The notes: generated from the letters alone by a model not told the origin. A DNA stretch of 64,000 bases from Octopus vulgaris (GCA_951406725.2 OX597824.1:50964001-51028000); one strand, 5' to 3'. Numbered from the stretch's first letter, positions 1-15,355 are shown. Translations and numbers: made by a program.

Positions 1-106
1 CAAGAAAAGTACACACACACGAATACATACATACACATACATACTTACATATAAATATATGTGTGTGTGTATAACTGTATGCACATATACATACATACAA
101 CCATGT

Positions 107-155
<49 letters not shown>

Positions 156-677
156 TATATTTATATCTGTATGCATGTATATGAATATAGAAAGAAAGCG
201 CAAGAGGGAGAGAAAGAGAGAGAGAGAAAGAGAGAGAGAGGGAGAGAGAGAGAGGTGGGGGAGACGATGAGGAAATCAAGAAATGAATAAATAAAGCAGT
301 GGTCACGCTCTGCTTGTAGCGTCCCCTGTCTGCCGACAGGGACCATCAGGAACGATAACACCACTTTCAACAGACTGCGAAGCCGCAATGGCTGATGATT
401 GATGGCCGTTCGATGGAAGATCGAGTCTCGATGCTGCTACGACAGACTGGCAGACGCACGCGCTCACACATACATATGTGATAATGAACACAGCATCAAC
501 ATACATACGTACATATATACATGCATGCACACATACGTATATACATACACGCACGCATTCGTATGCGTTTATATATAGACATAAATGCGTATGTATATCA
601 ATGTATATGCACATATGTGCATATATATACATACATACATACATACACATACTTATATGTATATTTATGCATGTAAA

Positions 678-744
<67 letters not shown>

Positions 745-1679
745 TATATATATATATATATATATATTTATTTATATATATACATATACATACATATGTA
801 TATACACACATATATGTGTATATATATCAATGTATGTCTGAGTAGATATATATGTATGTATGGCTGTTTGTGTGTATGTGTATGTGTGTGTGTGTGTGTG
901 TGTGTGCATGAGTGTGTATGTTTGTGTGTATGTATGTGTGTTCGTGTGTGTGTTTGTATGTGCGTGTGTTTTGACTGTGTAAATTAGAAGAGAATCACGT
1001 TCGTTATATAGATTAATGTGTCTGCTGTTTTAATGAAAAACTCTGGTCGCTAGTCTGAACAAATACACAGACCAGCAGCATCTGTTCTGTCTGAGGCAGT
1101 GTTGATAGTGCAACCTTGTGCCCCGGGGACATCTATACGATCTGATAGCAATTACATGTTGGGCTAAAGACTCGCCTTTCCATATGTTTATACATGTGTA
1201 TTCATGTGTGCAGCTTTGCTGGTGCTGATGATGCGCATATATTTGAGTGAGTGGGGAGATTTAGCAGGAAAGTAATAAGCCACGAAAAGGAGACGTTTGA
1301 ACTGTGTCTATGTGTGTATGTGTGTGTGCATGTGTGTGTGTGTGTGTGTGTGTGCGTGTGTGTGTGTGTGTGGCTGTATATGTGTGAGGCTCGATGTGCC
1401 ATGATTATTGTTTGTATGCTTGCCGGATTATGGATAAGCTGGCTACAGATGTGCGCATGCGCGTGCATGAGCACGCTGTCAATTCCGCCGTGCGCGTCCG
1501 TCCTTGAGTGTTTTTCGTGCGGCCGTTAGCACTGAGCGTGTGACGACTTAAATTGATGCATGCGTGTATATGTATGATAAAAACAAAAAAGACTCGACAT
1601 ATATAGACAGGCAAATAGCTTAGACAGGTACGTACAGAGAGGCAGATAGGCAAACTAGCTAGCTACTAGATGAATTTAG

Positions 1680-1771
<92 letters not shown>

Positions 1772-1995
1772 TGGGTATATAGATAGAAGGATACGTGTGT
1801 GCGTTTGCGTATGTGCGTGTGTGTATCAGTATATGTGTATGTATGCACATGCACTCACATACACACACACACAAACATATATATAAACGCACACATATAC
1901 ATACATACATTTATACATACATATATATGCATATGTGTACATATGAACGTGTATGTGACAGAAATGAATAGACTGCTAGATAAATATTTATATGC

Positions 1996-2040
<45 letters not shown>

Positions 2041-2546
2041 AGTGAGTGTGTGTGAGAGTGTGTGTAGATGTGCCGGTCTGCCAATGCAAACGAGTGTTAC
2101 GGTCCACATACGTCACTTTGGGAAGCACTTGATGAAATGACGTGTGGACATGTGTGCATATTTTGTTAACCTCTATACGTTTTAATGGTTTTACCCCCGA
2201 GGTTTACATATCGTTCACTATCATCTGCTCACCCTCACTTATAACTATCACTCTCTCTTCCATTCCACCCTCCCGTACATTCCTTCTCTCTATCTTCTTC
2301 GCTCTTGATCTTACTCTGCAGCTCTTCCTCTCATTTGTTTCCAGTTTCTTGTACTTTTCCCTCCAATTCACTTCGTGATTCTTTGACCATTCGTCTACTT
2401 CATATTAATCCAGGCCCTCTCTAACACTGTCTCTCTTTCTCTATCGGGCTCTTGTCCCCACTCTCATTCCCTCTTCACAAACTGACCCTGTCTCTTTCTC
2501 TGTAGTTTAATACATTTTTTACCATATACATAGATACATACATACA

Positions 2547-2582
<36 letters not shown>

Positions 2583-3479
2583 TACATATATGCGTGTATG
2601 TATGTATGAATATATGTATGAGTGTGTGAGTATGCATATATATAAGCTACGTACACATCCATATGCGTACATACATATATATACATATATATATATATAT
2701 GTGTATATCTATATATATGCATATATATTTATATATACATGCATTTATGTACCCGTGTATGTATGTACCCATATATACATGCATGTATGTATGTATATTC
2801 TCTGCATGCATTGTTTCAACGAGATGCTCATAGATGTTTATGATACGAGATACCTTTCCTCGAGTTTTGTTGGCGTAATAAGAAGTGACGTAGGGAAACA
2901 GCGGTAGTAGCATGAACATAATACGTGCGTGTATGTGTGGTGTGTGTGAATACATACACACAACCACAGACGTATATATATATATATTTATATATATATA
3001 TACACACACACACATATAGATATATATATGTGTGTGTGTGTGTATGTGTATATATATATATATATATACATATATATGGCTATATGAGTACAGGACGTCA
3101 CCAACAGTAAACAACATGAAATTCGAAGCCAAATGAGTTCAATACGCAAACAACGATAGAAACAAATGGAAAGCAGGAAAAGTAACACAAAGAACGACCC
3201 TTTATCATTTGTCGGCTTTCTTTATACTCCTCTTTCATTCATTCCGACAAGGTAGGAAATATATATATATATATATATATATACAGAGAGAGAGAGAGAG
3301 TTCAAATTTACAGAAAACAAAAGACGAAGACATGTGAAGGAACAACAAGCAGGTGTATCAGTTCAACGCGATATAACGTTATTTATAGATGTCAGGTATC
3401 CACACAAGATGCACAACCTAAAATATACAACGGTAGTACCTCCGATTTTAAGAGCAGGCATCGAACTCATATCAACTCT

Positions 3480-4100
3480 TTTAATGATCCTAAATATAAA
3501 ACGGTTACTATGCTTGCTAACTATAACCACAAGCTCAAAATAAAAAACAGAATGTATGCACTAAAATGGTCCATTGAATCCGAAGCTCCCTCATATAATA
3601 CTAACTTAGGTAAGTGCAAATTATGTATAAATGAAGCGCTCATCATTCTTCGAGTGCACAATCTATCGCTACTTAATAAATTGTCATATGTGGTTTTCTC
3701 ATGTAAACAAAAAATTTACACAATATTTTTACTCTATAGTGACTTTGATTAGAATTGAACTACAGTTTAAAATAAACTTTTATTCCTTGCCATGAATATT
3801 TTTATTTGAATATATTTAATTCTCTTTTTTCCCCACCCATGCCTCTTATCTAAATATAAAGAAAAAATTACCTCTAGGATTTCTCATTTGTCATTGTCAA
3901 CTTATAAAACCTGTTACTCTGAAGAAGGAGGGATTGCTAAATAATGGGTATCATATCCCTTTATTTTTACCGGTAATTAACCTCTAGAAACAGCCGTTTG
4001 TACCAAATTTTAACTAATTTGAACTATCCTGACTTTTAACTTCTTTTCTCCTTGTATCTTTTATTTCACTTCCATTACCACTTCACTGTTTCTCCAATAT
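3480..4100 (+). mobile_element. Decayed Penelope-like (Naiad-type) 3' fragment with an eroded hammerhead-like motif (3914-4003)
   Basis: ORF 3510..3752 YALKWSIESEAPSYNTNLGKCKLCINEALIIL...LLNK...SCKQK parallels the C-terminus of the 61774 ORF (YNIQWKILARCKPY...CGLC...LNTR...SCPH). Followed by CTGAAGA...GAAACAGCCGTT. Confidence 0.7.
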
Positions 4101-4482
4101 ATGCATGTATGTTTTAATGTATTTATGTGTGCATCTGGAGATTTTTAAAAAGCTATTATCTTATACACACATATATTTATTTAATATATTTATTTACTTA
4201 CAGATTAAAAAAATTTCTATGTATTTATAATTTTAAAGTATCATGTATACTTGTTCTTTAAATTCATCTGAAATCGGAGTCATGTTTGCGGATTAAATTA
4301 CCTGGTCATACGTTTCTTCATATTACTTATTTTTATCTTTTGTTTCTAGTTCCTCTTCTACGTGTAAACCATAACCTTGTGAGAGAATTTCTAATTAATC
4401 ATATTGTCTCAAAACAGTTTTATATATATATATATAAATAGATGGATAGATAGATAGATAGATACATACATACATACATACA

Positions 4483-4514
<32 letters not shown>

Positions 4515-4799
4515 CCCATTTATATATATATATGGTTAAAGTCTAGTTGTGACTGAGTAAAGACAACTTCTTAAACTCATTTCATTCTAAGAAACACTTT
4601 ACGTTTGTCGCTGATGACGTATATTATAGCTCTAGCTCTGAAGAAGCTATAATAGACGTCAAGAGACTTAGAAATCATTTTACATCGATTACAAGTTAAT
4701 TTTCCAGCCTGGCTATATTGATGTTAGGATTTATAATGTCGAGTGAGTCAAGTGGTTGACTTCTACACTTTGTTACTCAAAATGCACTAGAAAGCATGC

Positions 4800-5740
4800 T
4801 AGATATCATATTGGGGGAGCGCGGTGCCTCCATGACTACGCTTGTGGCTGAGTAGGCCTGCCTTACAGCTACAATAATCACATGAAAGAAACTCTTTCGT
4901 ACTCTTCTCAGGGAGAGGGTTCACATCTTCCACACATTTACAAATCAACTCCGCATAGCTCAGTGGTTGGAGCATCAAGCTCACAATCATGAGGTAGTGA
5001 GTTCGAATACCGGATCGGGCTGTGTGTTGTGCTCTTGAGTAAGACACTTTATTTCACGTTGCTCCAGTTCACTCAGCCGTAGAAATGAGTGGCGAAGTCA
5101 CCGATTCCAAGCTGTATCGGCCTTTGCCTTACCCTTGGATAATATCGGTAGCATGGTGAAGGAAGCTGGTATGCATGGGCGACTGCTAGTCTTCCATAAA
5201 CAACCTAGTCCAGATTTGTGCCTCAGGTGAAATCCCATGGTCAATCATGATCGAAGGGGATCTTTTCCCTTTACCCTTTACCCAGTGTGTGCAACAATGT
5301 GCTCGAGTTATTTCATACCTGTAGCAAGTGGATTATTTTTGATGCAATATCTCCCCAGGTGTTAGTATCAAAATTGATCATTTTGAGCGTGTCTTTAAGA
5401 TTTACCTTTCGCTGATGATTGTAATCTTGTAACTCACACTGAGGCGTGTATAATGAATTTGGACTTGCAATCAATCTTATGATGACTATGATCATGCAAC
5501 AACCAGCAAACCAGCAACAGGCAAAACATATATCTCATCATCGATATACGTAAAGTGTAAAATGTTAGACACCGTAAATACTTTTGTCTACATTAGTAAC
5601 ACAGTATCTAGATTTAATAAACTTGGCAAGGAGATTAGTTATAGACTTTCTAAGGCCCGTTATGCATTCGGAAAGCTTCGATCAAGGCTTGGGTCACAAT
5701 CGTACATCAAAACAGCAAACGAAAGTTGAGGTCTATCAAG
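4800..5740 (-). mobile_element. Old RTE-like LINE remnants interrupted by a SINE
   Basis: CDYCSCKAGLLSHKRSH (4800-4900), LKDTLKMINFDTNTWGDIA (5330-5420), and decayed AFG...KVY-type sequence near 5640-5740. Confidence 0.55.
4950..5280 (+). mobile_element. tRNA-derived SINE family B; other copies at ~18680-18930(+), ~32535-32830(-) and ~39575-39720(+)
   Basis: Head tagctcagtggttggagc..gagttcgaatacc (box A/B), then tgtgttgtgctcttgagtaagacactttatttcacgttgctccagttcactc, which is shared among the copies. Confidence 0.8.
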
Positions 5741-6074
5741 CACACACATACACATACACAGATACAGACATATGAATATGCATACATACATACACACATG
5801 TATATGAATACTCACACAGACATACACGTATATGCTTTTACATTTGCATACACAACATACACATATATGCATATATATACACACACAGGTATATACACAC
5901 GCATACATGTATATGCATATACATACACATGTATACGCATACATCCGCACAAACGCACGTTCTTACATATGCGATGAGCGCACTTACATACACCCTTATC
6001 TTCTTCTGACTACCAATAACCTGTGGTCATTTGATAGTGTATTGACACAATAATTAAAAGCAATTCATTTTAGA

Positions 6075-7065
6075 ATGTCCCCACCCTCCTTTTCTCAAAC
6101 AATTTCCTCTTTTGCCCTCTTTTCAAAACTCTTATTCTCATTATTTCCATTCCTCCTCCTCCTCCTCCTCCTCCTCATCATCATCATCACCATACCCTTC
6201 CTCTCCCCCATCTCCCCATCTCCCTCACTCATGTACACACTTCCACACACCGCAGTTTCATGTCATTGTACAGATATCCGCCCAATATTCTTTCCTTTTA
6301 CTCCTCGTGCATTCATTTTACACCTTTCTCTCGCTTTTTCCCTCCGTCTTTCACATATTCTTTCTCACCCTCTCTCTCTCTTCTCCCCTCCCTCTTTCTC
6401 TCTTTATCTCTTCTCTCCCCGTTCTCTCTCTCTCTCTCTCTCAATGCAACACTTTTACTCGCTATTTTCTCGTATTCGATATATTATTTCGGCTTATTAT
6501 TTATTTCCTCTCACTCTCTATCTCTTTCTTCCTAATCTTCCTCTTTCTCAATAAATATCTTTCACTTTCTGTTATTTTCTCACGTATTTTCCTTATCTTG
6601 TTTTTCAAGTATTTCTCTTGTTTCCATTCTGTCGTTCCTTCTCTCTTTCTCTCTTTCTGTTTCTTAACGTTCTTCAATCTCTTGTCTTCTACTCTCTCCC
6701 TTCCCTCCTTCCCTCTCTCCCTCAACTTCTCTCCTTGACTTCCTCTCATTGCATGTCTGCCTATGAAATCATTTAAAACCACTCCTATATACTTCAGGTT
6801 TCTTCCCATTCTCTTCTGTCGATCATTTCTTTCTCTTTTTCTTCTTCCGTTTCTTCTTGCCATTTTCTCATCCATCTTAATTGTTTCTTTTACTTCTCTT
6901 CTTTCGCTCCATTCCCTTTCCTTCTCTGCTCACCATACTCTCATCTCTCACCGTATCTCTTCTCCTCTTTGCCCTCTCCTTCTCGACATTTTCATCACTT
7001 CTTTTTTAGCATCGTCCCTCATCCTCTCCCATTATCTGTATATTTTCTTCTTTCGTTCTCTTTCG

Positions 7066-7109
<44 letters not shown>

Positions 7110-7600
7110 TGCTTTAATCTTCGTCTCACTGACTCATTTTCACTTTCTTCTTCATCTTCTTCTTCTTCTTCTTCTTCTTCTTCTTCTTCTTCTTCTTCTT
7201 CTTCTTCTTCTTCTTCTTCTTCTTCTTCTTCTTCTTCTTCTTCTTCTTCTTCTTCTTCTTCTTCTTCTTCTTCTTCTTCTATACAGTTCTCTTTTTCACT
7301 CTCTTCTCAATTTTTTTCTCTGCTCTCCTTCGATTTTAGTAATTCAGCATTTTATTTTTTTTTTACTTTCTTTTCTGTCATTTAATGTTTCTATACTCTG
7401 CCTTTCATTCCGAAGCTCAGTCTTTTCTCCCCCCCCCCCTCTCTCTCTCTCTAATCTGATTTGTTGACAACTCACTGCTTCACACTCACCTTTTTAATCT
7501 TCGTCTCTTAATTGCAAACAATTAAATCAATTCATTTGTCTCTTCCTTTTTCACCCTCTTCTTTACTATCAATTTGTTTCTTCTCTCTCAAAATTTTATC
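6075..7600. repeat. Long polypyrimidine low-complexity tract including ~130 bp of (CTT)n
   Basis: CT-rich sequence throughout, with (TC)n and (CTT)n runs. Confidence 0.9.
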
Positions 7601-7652
7601 GTTCTCACATACACGCACACACACACACGCACACACGCACATACACACACGC

Positions 7653-7685
<33 letters not shown>

Positions 7686-7747
7686 AAGAGAGAGATAGTG
7701 TGTGTATATAGAACATAAAAGATATATGTATATATAAAGATATAACA

Positions 7748-8215
<468 letters not shown>

Positions 8216-8219
8216 TGAA

Positions 8220-8266
<47 letters not shown>

Positions 8267-8294
8267 TTATATATATATATATATATGCATATAT

Positions 8295-8458
8295 GGGTAC
8301 AGGACGTCACCCATATAAACAACATGAAATACGAAAACAAATGAGCTAAATACGGAAACAACGAGAGAAAAAATGGAAAACAGGACAAGTAATATAAAGA
8401 ATACAAAGAACAAGCCTTCATCAGTTGTCGGCTGTCTCTCTACTCCCCATTTCGAACA
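8295..8458. repeat. Unclassified TA-associated repeat family (copies also at ~3085-3250 and ~50745-50835)
   Basis: Shared start gtacaggacgtcacc/catca..aaacaacatgaaat, always adjacent to (TA)n. Confidence 0.6.
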
Positions 8459-8519
8459 ATATATATATATATATATATATCTACAATGAGCTATATAAAA
8501 CTTATATATATATATATTA

Positions 8520-8568
<49 letters not shown>

Positions 8569-8920
8569 CCATTTACAAGGGGTTATGGTCTGCTCAGGGC
8601 TACTATACAAGATAGTTACCCAAAGCACCATGCAGTGGGATTGACTTTGGAGGCGTGTAGTTGAGAAACAAACTTCTTACCACTCAGCCATATCTGGTCC
8701 TATATCGGTGGCGTAGAGAGGTGAGACTAGTATACATGTGTGACTGCTAGTCTGCCACAAACAACTTTCTCTGGTCACACTTTATCCATTATAATTGGTG
8801 GGTAAGCCCTACTACCTTCACACAGCGATCTCTCCTCTGCTGAATCGCAGATACTTTGCACTATGAGCTCCTTGCTCCTGGCAATGGTGTTTTTCCATCT
8901 CTTGCAGAACACCATGTATA

Positions 8921-9318
8921 CTCTTTTTACTCTTTTACTTGTTTCAGTCATGTGACTGTGGCCATGTTCGAGCACCGCCTTTAGTCAAGCAAATTGACCC
9001 CAGGACTTATTCTTTGTAAACCTAGTACTTATTCTTTCTATCTCTTTTGCCGAACCGCTAAGTTACGTGGACGTAAACACACCAGCATCAGTTGTCAAGC
9101 GATGTTGGGTGGGGGGACAAACACAGACACACAAAAATATACACACACATACATATACATATATACGACAGGCTTCTTTCAGTTTCCGTCTACCAAATCC
9201 ACTCACAAGGCTTTGGTCGGCCCGAGGTTATAGTAAAAGACACTTGCTCAAGGTGCCACGCAGTGGGACTGGACCCGGAAGCATGTGGTTCGTAAGCAAG
9301 CTACTTACCACACAGCTA
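8921..9318 (-). mobile_element. SINE family A copy
   Basis: Reverse complement of the family consensus. Confidence 0.85.
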
Positions 9319-9699
9319 CTACTAAAAGTAAATAAACTAAACTAATTTTATGTAATTAACATTAATTTTTAATGATATAACTAAGGTGTATATCTCGCAT
9401 TATTCTCATCGCAGTTAAAAAAATTAAATTCGTCATCACGCTGTTTTCCGGTTACTTTACATTCGTCAATAGGTGAAGTAATCATCAGAGGTGTTCTGCT
9501 CCATGTAGAAACTGCTGGTCTGTCCAGCATAGCCATGATTTCAAAAGAAGAGCTTGCAAACACATCTTTGAAACCATGGCTATGTTGGAAACCACCCTTT
9601 GCTATCATCAGCATGTATCTCAGAGTCATAAATGTTTCGCCCTTTTGCCTGAGTGGTGCAGCGAGGATTGAATTAGTTTTCTCCTGCTGAATCACCTTC

Positions 9700-10760
9700 G
9701 GTCTTTATTTATTCAAGCGCAGCCACCTCGTGCTGATTTCATCTGTCATGCCTATCTCGTTTGTTACTTTCTTCAGTTGCTTGGGTTTCACGTCAATTTA
9801 CTGCAGGAAATAATACACCGATCCTCTTGGAAGGTCGCGACAGCCGACTTCATCCGTTGACCATGTCAGATAATTTGTTCTCTTTAGTTGGTAGGAAATG
9901 ACCAATCTGTCCTCCCAAGGCACTGTAAGTTCAAACACGATGATTATTCTTGCATTCCTGAAGAGCAGGAACATGTCTGGCTAGTATGCTATTACACTGG
10001 GAAGAGGAGTCAGTCCTTCAGGTTCACTTTCATCTCTCCCCTTTGAGGCTGCATGCAAATAAGAAAATAAGATCTTCCTGTTGCTTTCTTCTTAGGCGCC
10101 TTGTCACCATTCCATAGTATTCTGATACTTTTGGGTGGTATTAACTGCTATTTATTAGCTTTAACCGTTTACAGGTCTGTCCATTCCGCGACTTCAGCAA
10201 GGACCTCCACTTACCGTGCCTCTACCTGCATTGACTTTCACCCCGTACTGGACCAAAATGTGGTTTAGGTTGTAAAGAATCGTCCCACACTGCTAATATG
10301 ATAGGGCTCTCTTTGTCCCATATTAAAAAGTTATTTGGGCTTGATAAGAGGTCAGCACACAGGAGAAGTATGATTTTCCTTGCTTAATACTCCAGAGTTC
10401 CTTCCAGAACAGTGTCTGGTCACACTTTATTCATTACAGCTGGCGGACAAGCCTTCACTTAGCGATTCGCCACTGCTACATCGAAGATCCTTTGCATTAT
10501 GAGCGCCCTCTTGCTCCTGGCATCGGTGTTTTTCCATCTCTTGGCGCTGTATTTGCCAGGTCCTAGCCATCCTTAACAGACTACTCCAACTATCACCTGG
10601 TAGCACCAGTATTTTTACGCTTCTTTCACAGCTTCCGGAGGATTCCACTTTCCATGACACATTACAGTCTTGTTGGCCTGTCTGGTTCTGTCATCCTCAG
10701 ACAGAAGCAATGTGCTGATTTTTCTTGCCTATGTGGTTTTAAATTCCTCCACTGTTAAGG
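9700..10760 (-). mobile_element. HERO/NeSL-like RLE non-LTR retrotransposon relic
   Basis: Minus translation fragments PDMFLLFRNARIIIVFELTVPWED, EVGCR and DEISTRWLRLN fit the RLE C-terminus. A second fragment at ~8770-8910 resembles 10416-10545. Confidence 0.7.
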
Positions 10761-11099
10761 AAACTAGGAAACTAGAAACATGTCGTTTGGCCCAAAGCTA
10801 TAGTAAAAGAAATTGAAGTACTAAGCAAGGTACGACTCAATGTGATTGAATCCAGAAACATTTGTTTGGGATGCTAACTTTTTACCACTCACCCACGCCT
10901 GTACTTATATAAATACATACATACATACTTACATGCATACATACAAAAATATATACATACATACATACTTACATGCATACATACATATATACATACATAT
11001 ACATTTCAGTATATATGAGCATGTCTAGATATGCAACTATAAAAATGAGAATATATGCATAAAACTGAACCAAGAAATGTGCACGTATACATGCATACA

Positions 11100-11135
<36 letters not shown>

Positions 11136-11221
11136 CACACACACATATATACATACGTACATACATACATACAAACATGCATACACACACACGTACGTAC
11201 ATACACACATACAAGCACACA

Positions 11222-12870
11222 TGATGGCTGCCCCCTCGTTATCGAGTATTGCCATTGCACGAAGCTTAACTGTTATTGGTGCTGTGATCGAATGTGACTT
11301 TTTAGCCCAGCTAAAGATCTACAATGTCTTGTACAGAATTGGCAACTTTACCGGTATTTGCGGACTGTAGTTGTAACTGGGCTTCATGTACCTTTGCATG
11401 TCGTTTAAGTCCTCCTGCCGAATTACACTCTCTTCGACATGCCCGACAGATATGATTAGTATGGTGTGTTACACCACCACCAGTGGCCAGGTTATCACTC
11501 ATCTGTCTCGCTTTATGACTACAAAGATGACTCTTGAGTCCAGCTTTACTGAGGCAAGGTCTTGCACAGACACTGCATGTCAGCATCATAGGAAGACCCT
11601 TCCCATCTGGAAGTGTAACAGAGATGTCCTTCCTGACATCCCTCCTTGCTTTCTTATGTGCCCGCGTGCACAATCCTTCTCCACCTGCTACGATCAATAG
11701 CTATGCCTTCCCATGTGTCAGGAGAGATGCAAGCATCTCTTAAGGAAGCCTTCAGTAAGTCCTTATACCACTTTTATAGTTTATGTGGAGATCGTTCTCC
11801 TTTAGCTAACTCTCCATAAAAGAGTTGTTTTGGCATCCTTGAATCCTTCATTCTGACCAGATGACCACTCCACCTGAGCCTTTGCTTTAACACAAGAGCT
11901 TCTATACGTTCACACCGAAAGACTTCCAATATTTCAAGATCACTGATGCGGTTCTTCCACTTAATGCCATAGATCCGTCTGAGACACATCTGATGGAAAC
12001 GTTCCAGTTGTTTAAGGTGGTATCGATATGAGACCCACGTCTCGCAGGCATAGAGAAGAGAAGGAAGTACACATGCCTTGTACTCCTTTATCTTTGTCTT
12101 TCTGCATATGTCTCGCCGACTCCAAAGGCACTTTTCTAGCCTACTGAAAGCAACACTTGCTTTCCTAATTCTATATGGAATTTCATCATCCAAATTGCTA
12201 TATCAATTAATAGTGCTTCCCAGGTAGACAAACTGATCATCTACATCAAGTCGTTTACCATACACATAGATATTTGGTACACTATACTGCTTACCAGGGG
12301 CAGGTTGGTACATAACAACAGTTTTCTTGAGATTGACTGTCAATCCTAAGGCAGTGCAAGCATCAGAGAATGCATTCAAAATGTGTTGCATATCAATCTC
12401 TGTGTGTGCTACTAGCTCATAATCATCTGCATACAAAAGGTCTCTTATGATAGAGGTAAATACCTTTGTTCTTGCAGCAAAGCGCCTGATATTAAATATG
12501 CTGCCAGAGGTTCGATAATGGATGTAAACACCGTATCTGCAGTTTCTGAATGCAATACAGAACACCATCGAAAAATATATGGCAAATAGGGTCGGTGCCA
12601 GAATATCTCCCTGTTTCACTTCATTTTGTATTGAAATGGGTTCCGACATTTTCCCTCAAACATTCACCCTACCATTCATGTCTTGATGGAAAGACCTAAC
12701 CAAAGCAAAGAACTTTTCAGGACACCCAAGTTTCTGGAGGACTTTCCACAATGCTTTTCTATTGACGGTATCAAAGGCTTTTGTCAGATCGACAAAAACT
12801 TGATACAAATCCAGACCCTGTTCTACACACTTCTCCTGAAGTTGTCTAGCTGAAAAGATCATATCAGCAG
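11222..12870 (-). mobile_element. RTE-clade LINE, 5'-truncated, frameshifted (RT + two C2H2 zinc fingers)
   Basis: ADMIFSARQLQEKC..VFVDLTKAFDTVNRKALW, VKQGDILAPTLF, LLYADD, FVYLGS, LRWSGHLVRM..RMPKQLFYGEL, CSVC..LKSHLCSH and CRAC..LKRHAKVH. The 3' end abuts a (TATG)n-like tail. Confidence 0.92.
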
Positions 12871-13006
12871 TACGTACATACACACATACAAGCACACATA
12901 TATGCATACATACATACATATATACATCATACATGTACACATACATATATACATATATGCATGCATACACACGCGCATACAAACATACATACATGGACAC
13001 ATACAC

Positions 13007-13037
<31 letters not shown>

Positions 13038-13038
13038 T

Positions 13039-13104
<66 letters not shown>

Positions 13105-13167
13105 GCATACATACATACATACATACATACATACATACATACATACATACATACATACATACATACA

Positions 13168-13820
13168 TAAACCCGAAGGCAAAGAAATAAGAACCCACAA
13201 TATGGTAGAAGCCATAGCCACTCATGATAAAAAGGAATACTGGTGGAATGTCCCAGTGAAGACCTCAATAAAATGTAAACACAACAGACCTGATATAATT
13301 ATTTGGAATATTAGAAGAGAGTCTGTGCACAGTTGTGGAAATTAGCTGTTAACATAAAGATGTTAACATAAGTAGATGTTAACATAAAGCTGAAGATCCA
13401 CGAAAAAGAGAGTACCTACGCTGAACTATTGAGAAATCTGCCGAAACTCCATCAATATTACAAGTTCAGGTTCAGACCTGTAATTATTGGGGCACCGGTT
13501 ATGTAAAATACTGCCTATATAGCAAAACCAGAAGGGAGAACTCTGATTCCAATACTACAAATCCAAACCACTAGTGGAACTGTAAAAATCTGTAAAACTT
13601 GCCTCAAGTTTATCATTTCAGTATATATGAGCATGTCTAGATATGCAACTATAAAAATGAGAATACATACATAAAACAGAACCAAGAAATGTGCACGTAT
13701 ACATGCATACAAACATACAAGAATACCCTGTTTTTGATGTTGAAATTCCAATGAAGGAACCTTGGATCTAGATTATAAACCGGCACCTTCTCTATTGGCA
13801 AGAAATCTTGAAATGAAACT
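13168..13820 (+). mobile_element. R4/Dong-like RLE element 3' fragment inserted in (TACA)n
   Basis: HDKKEYWWNVPVKTSIKCKHNRPDIIIWN...KESTYAELLRNL...RPVIIGA. Its 3' UTR piece 13615-13710 recurs at 11005-11095. Confidence 0.7.
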
Positions 13821-14056
13821 AAATACATACATAAATACATACATACATACATACATTCACACATATGTACATACGTACATGCACACACACATACATACAC
13901 ATATACATACACACACATACATACACACATACATACACATACACACACATATACATACACACACATACATGCACACATAATTACATATATACATACATAC
14001 ATACATACATACATACATACATACATACATACATACATACATACATACATACATAC

Positions 14057-14310
14057 ATGGTGGTGGCTGCTCCTTCGTTATCGAGTATGGCTATTGCACG
14101 AAGCTTAATCATTGTTGTTATCGTGCAATGCCTGTGCAAGAAGATTTTTTTTAGAGTGAGGAAAGGCTGTGCACTGAGTCAATCCCACTCACTAAACTAC
14201 AACAGCCATAATCCGAAAAGAAGAACAAGTCAACATCATCGGTAACCACTGAGCCGCAGGTTTTATGTCGGAGTTATCCCAGTTACCTAAGTTACCTTCT
14301 CCTAGAAGGA
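14057..14310 (-). mobile_element. 3' terminal fragment of a related RTE element
   Basis: tggctgctccttcgttatcgagtatggctattgcacgaagcttaa matches ~11225-11269 and adjoins (TACA)n. Confidence 0.6.
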
Positions 14311-14439
14311 TACATACATACCTACAAACATAAATACACATACATGCACGCATAAGTGCATTATATGCATTCAAATATTACACCTTGTAAATGAAAGTGG
14401 AAAGAGTACTCAGTACATACTGCAGAGCGTAAACCCTTT

Positions 14440-14586
<147 letters not shown>

Positions 14587-14914
14587 TGTGTGAACGTGCG
14601 TTCTCATGCTTTCAGTGGAAAAATTCCTTTCTTACTGGGGATGTTCTACTTTGTTGTTATGAAACACGTGACATGTCGAAACAAAATTTCCCCCACGTGA
14701 CCTTAATCAAAGATGTCTACCAATAATTCGAAGGGTTAACCTTTCTTTCAAATTTAAAGTTTTACTTCATTCTTGTGATGAAGAATATTTTGCCTATCAT
14801 CCACTCATTCCCTCATCTCTTTCTTTCCAGCTGCAAGTTAAGGCCTAGAAATGATCAACAGTACATGCTAATTATACCATAACATCAAAATTTAAGTCCA
14901 CCTTGATATATCAA

Positions 14915-15355
14915 GGTGCCGAGCTGGCAGAATCGTTAGCACGCCGGGCAAAATGCTGAGAAGCATTTCATCCGTCATTACGTTCTGTGTTCAAATTCTG
15001 CCACGGCCAGTTTCGCATTTAATCCTTTCGAGATCGATAAATAAGTATCACTTGGGCACTGGGGTCGATGTTATCGATTTAATCCCTCCCCTGAAATTGC
15101 TAGCCTTTTGTCAAAATTTGAAACCAACATGAAGCTAATATCAAGGTGCCGAGCTTGTAGAATCGTTAGCATGCCGGGCGAAATGCTTAGCGGTATTTCG
15201 TCCGTCTTTACGTTCTGAATTCAAAACCACTTTACCTTTCATTCCTTTGGTGTCGACTTTTCCTTTCATAAGTACCAGTGGAACACATGGGTCAATGTAA
15301 TCGACTTAACCCCTGGTCCCGAAATTGCTGGCCTTGTTCTAAAATTTGAAACCAA
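14915..15355 (+). mobile_element. Two tandem SINE family C copies; other copies at ~33820-34025(-), ~40455-40560(-), 41589-41691(+), ~51210-51340(-) and ~57990-58115(+)
   Basis: The head ggtgccgagct..agaatcgttagca is repeated at 14915 and ~15145. Confidence 0.8.

Noticed and set aside
4950-5025. Possible tRNA gene
   Set aside because: The tRNA-like head continues into a SINE body shared with other copies, and there is no proper acceptor stem or terminator.
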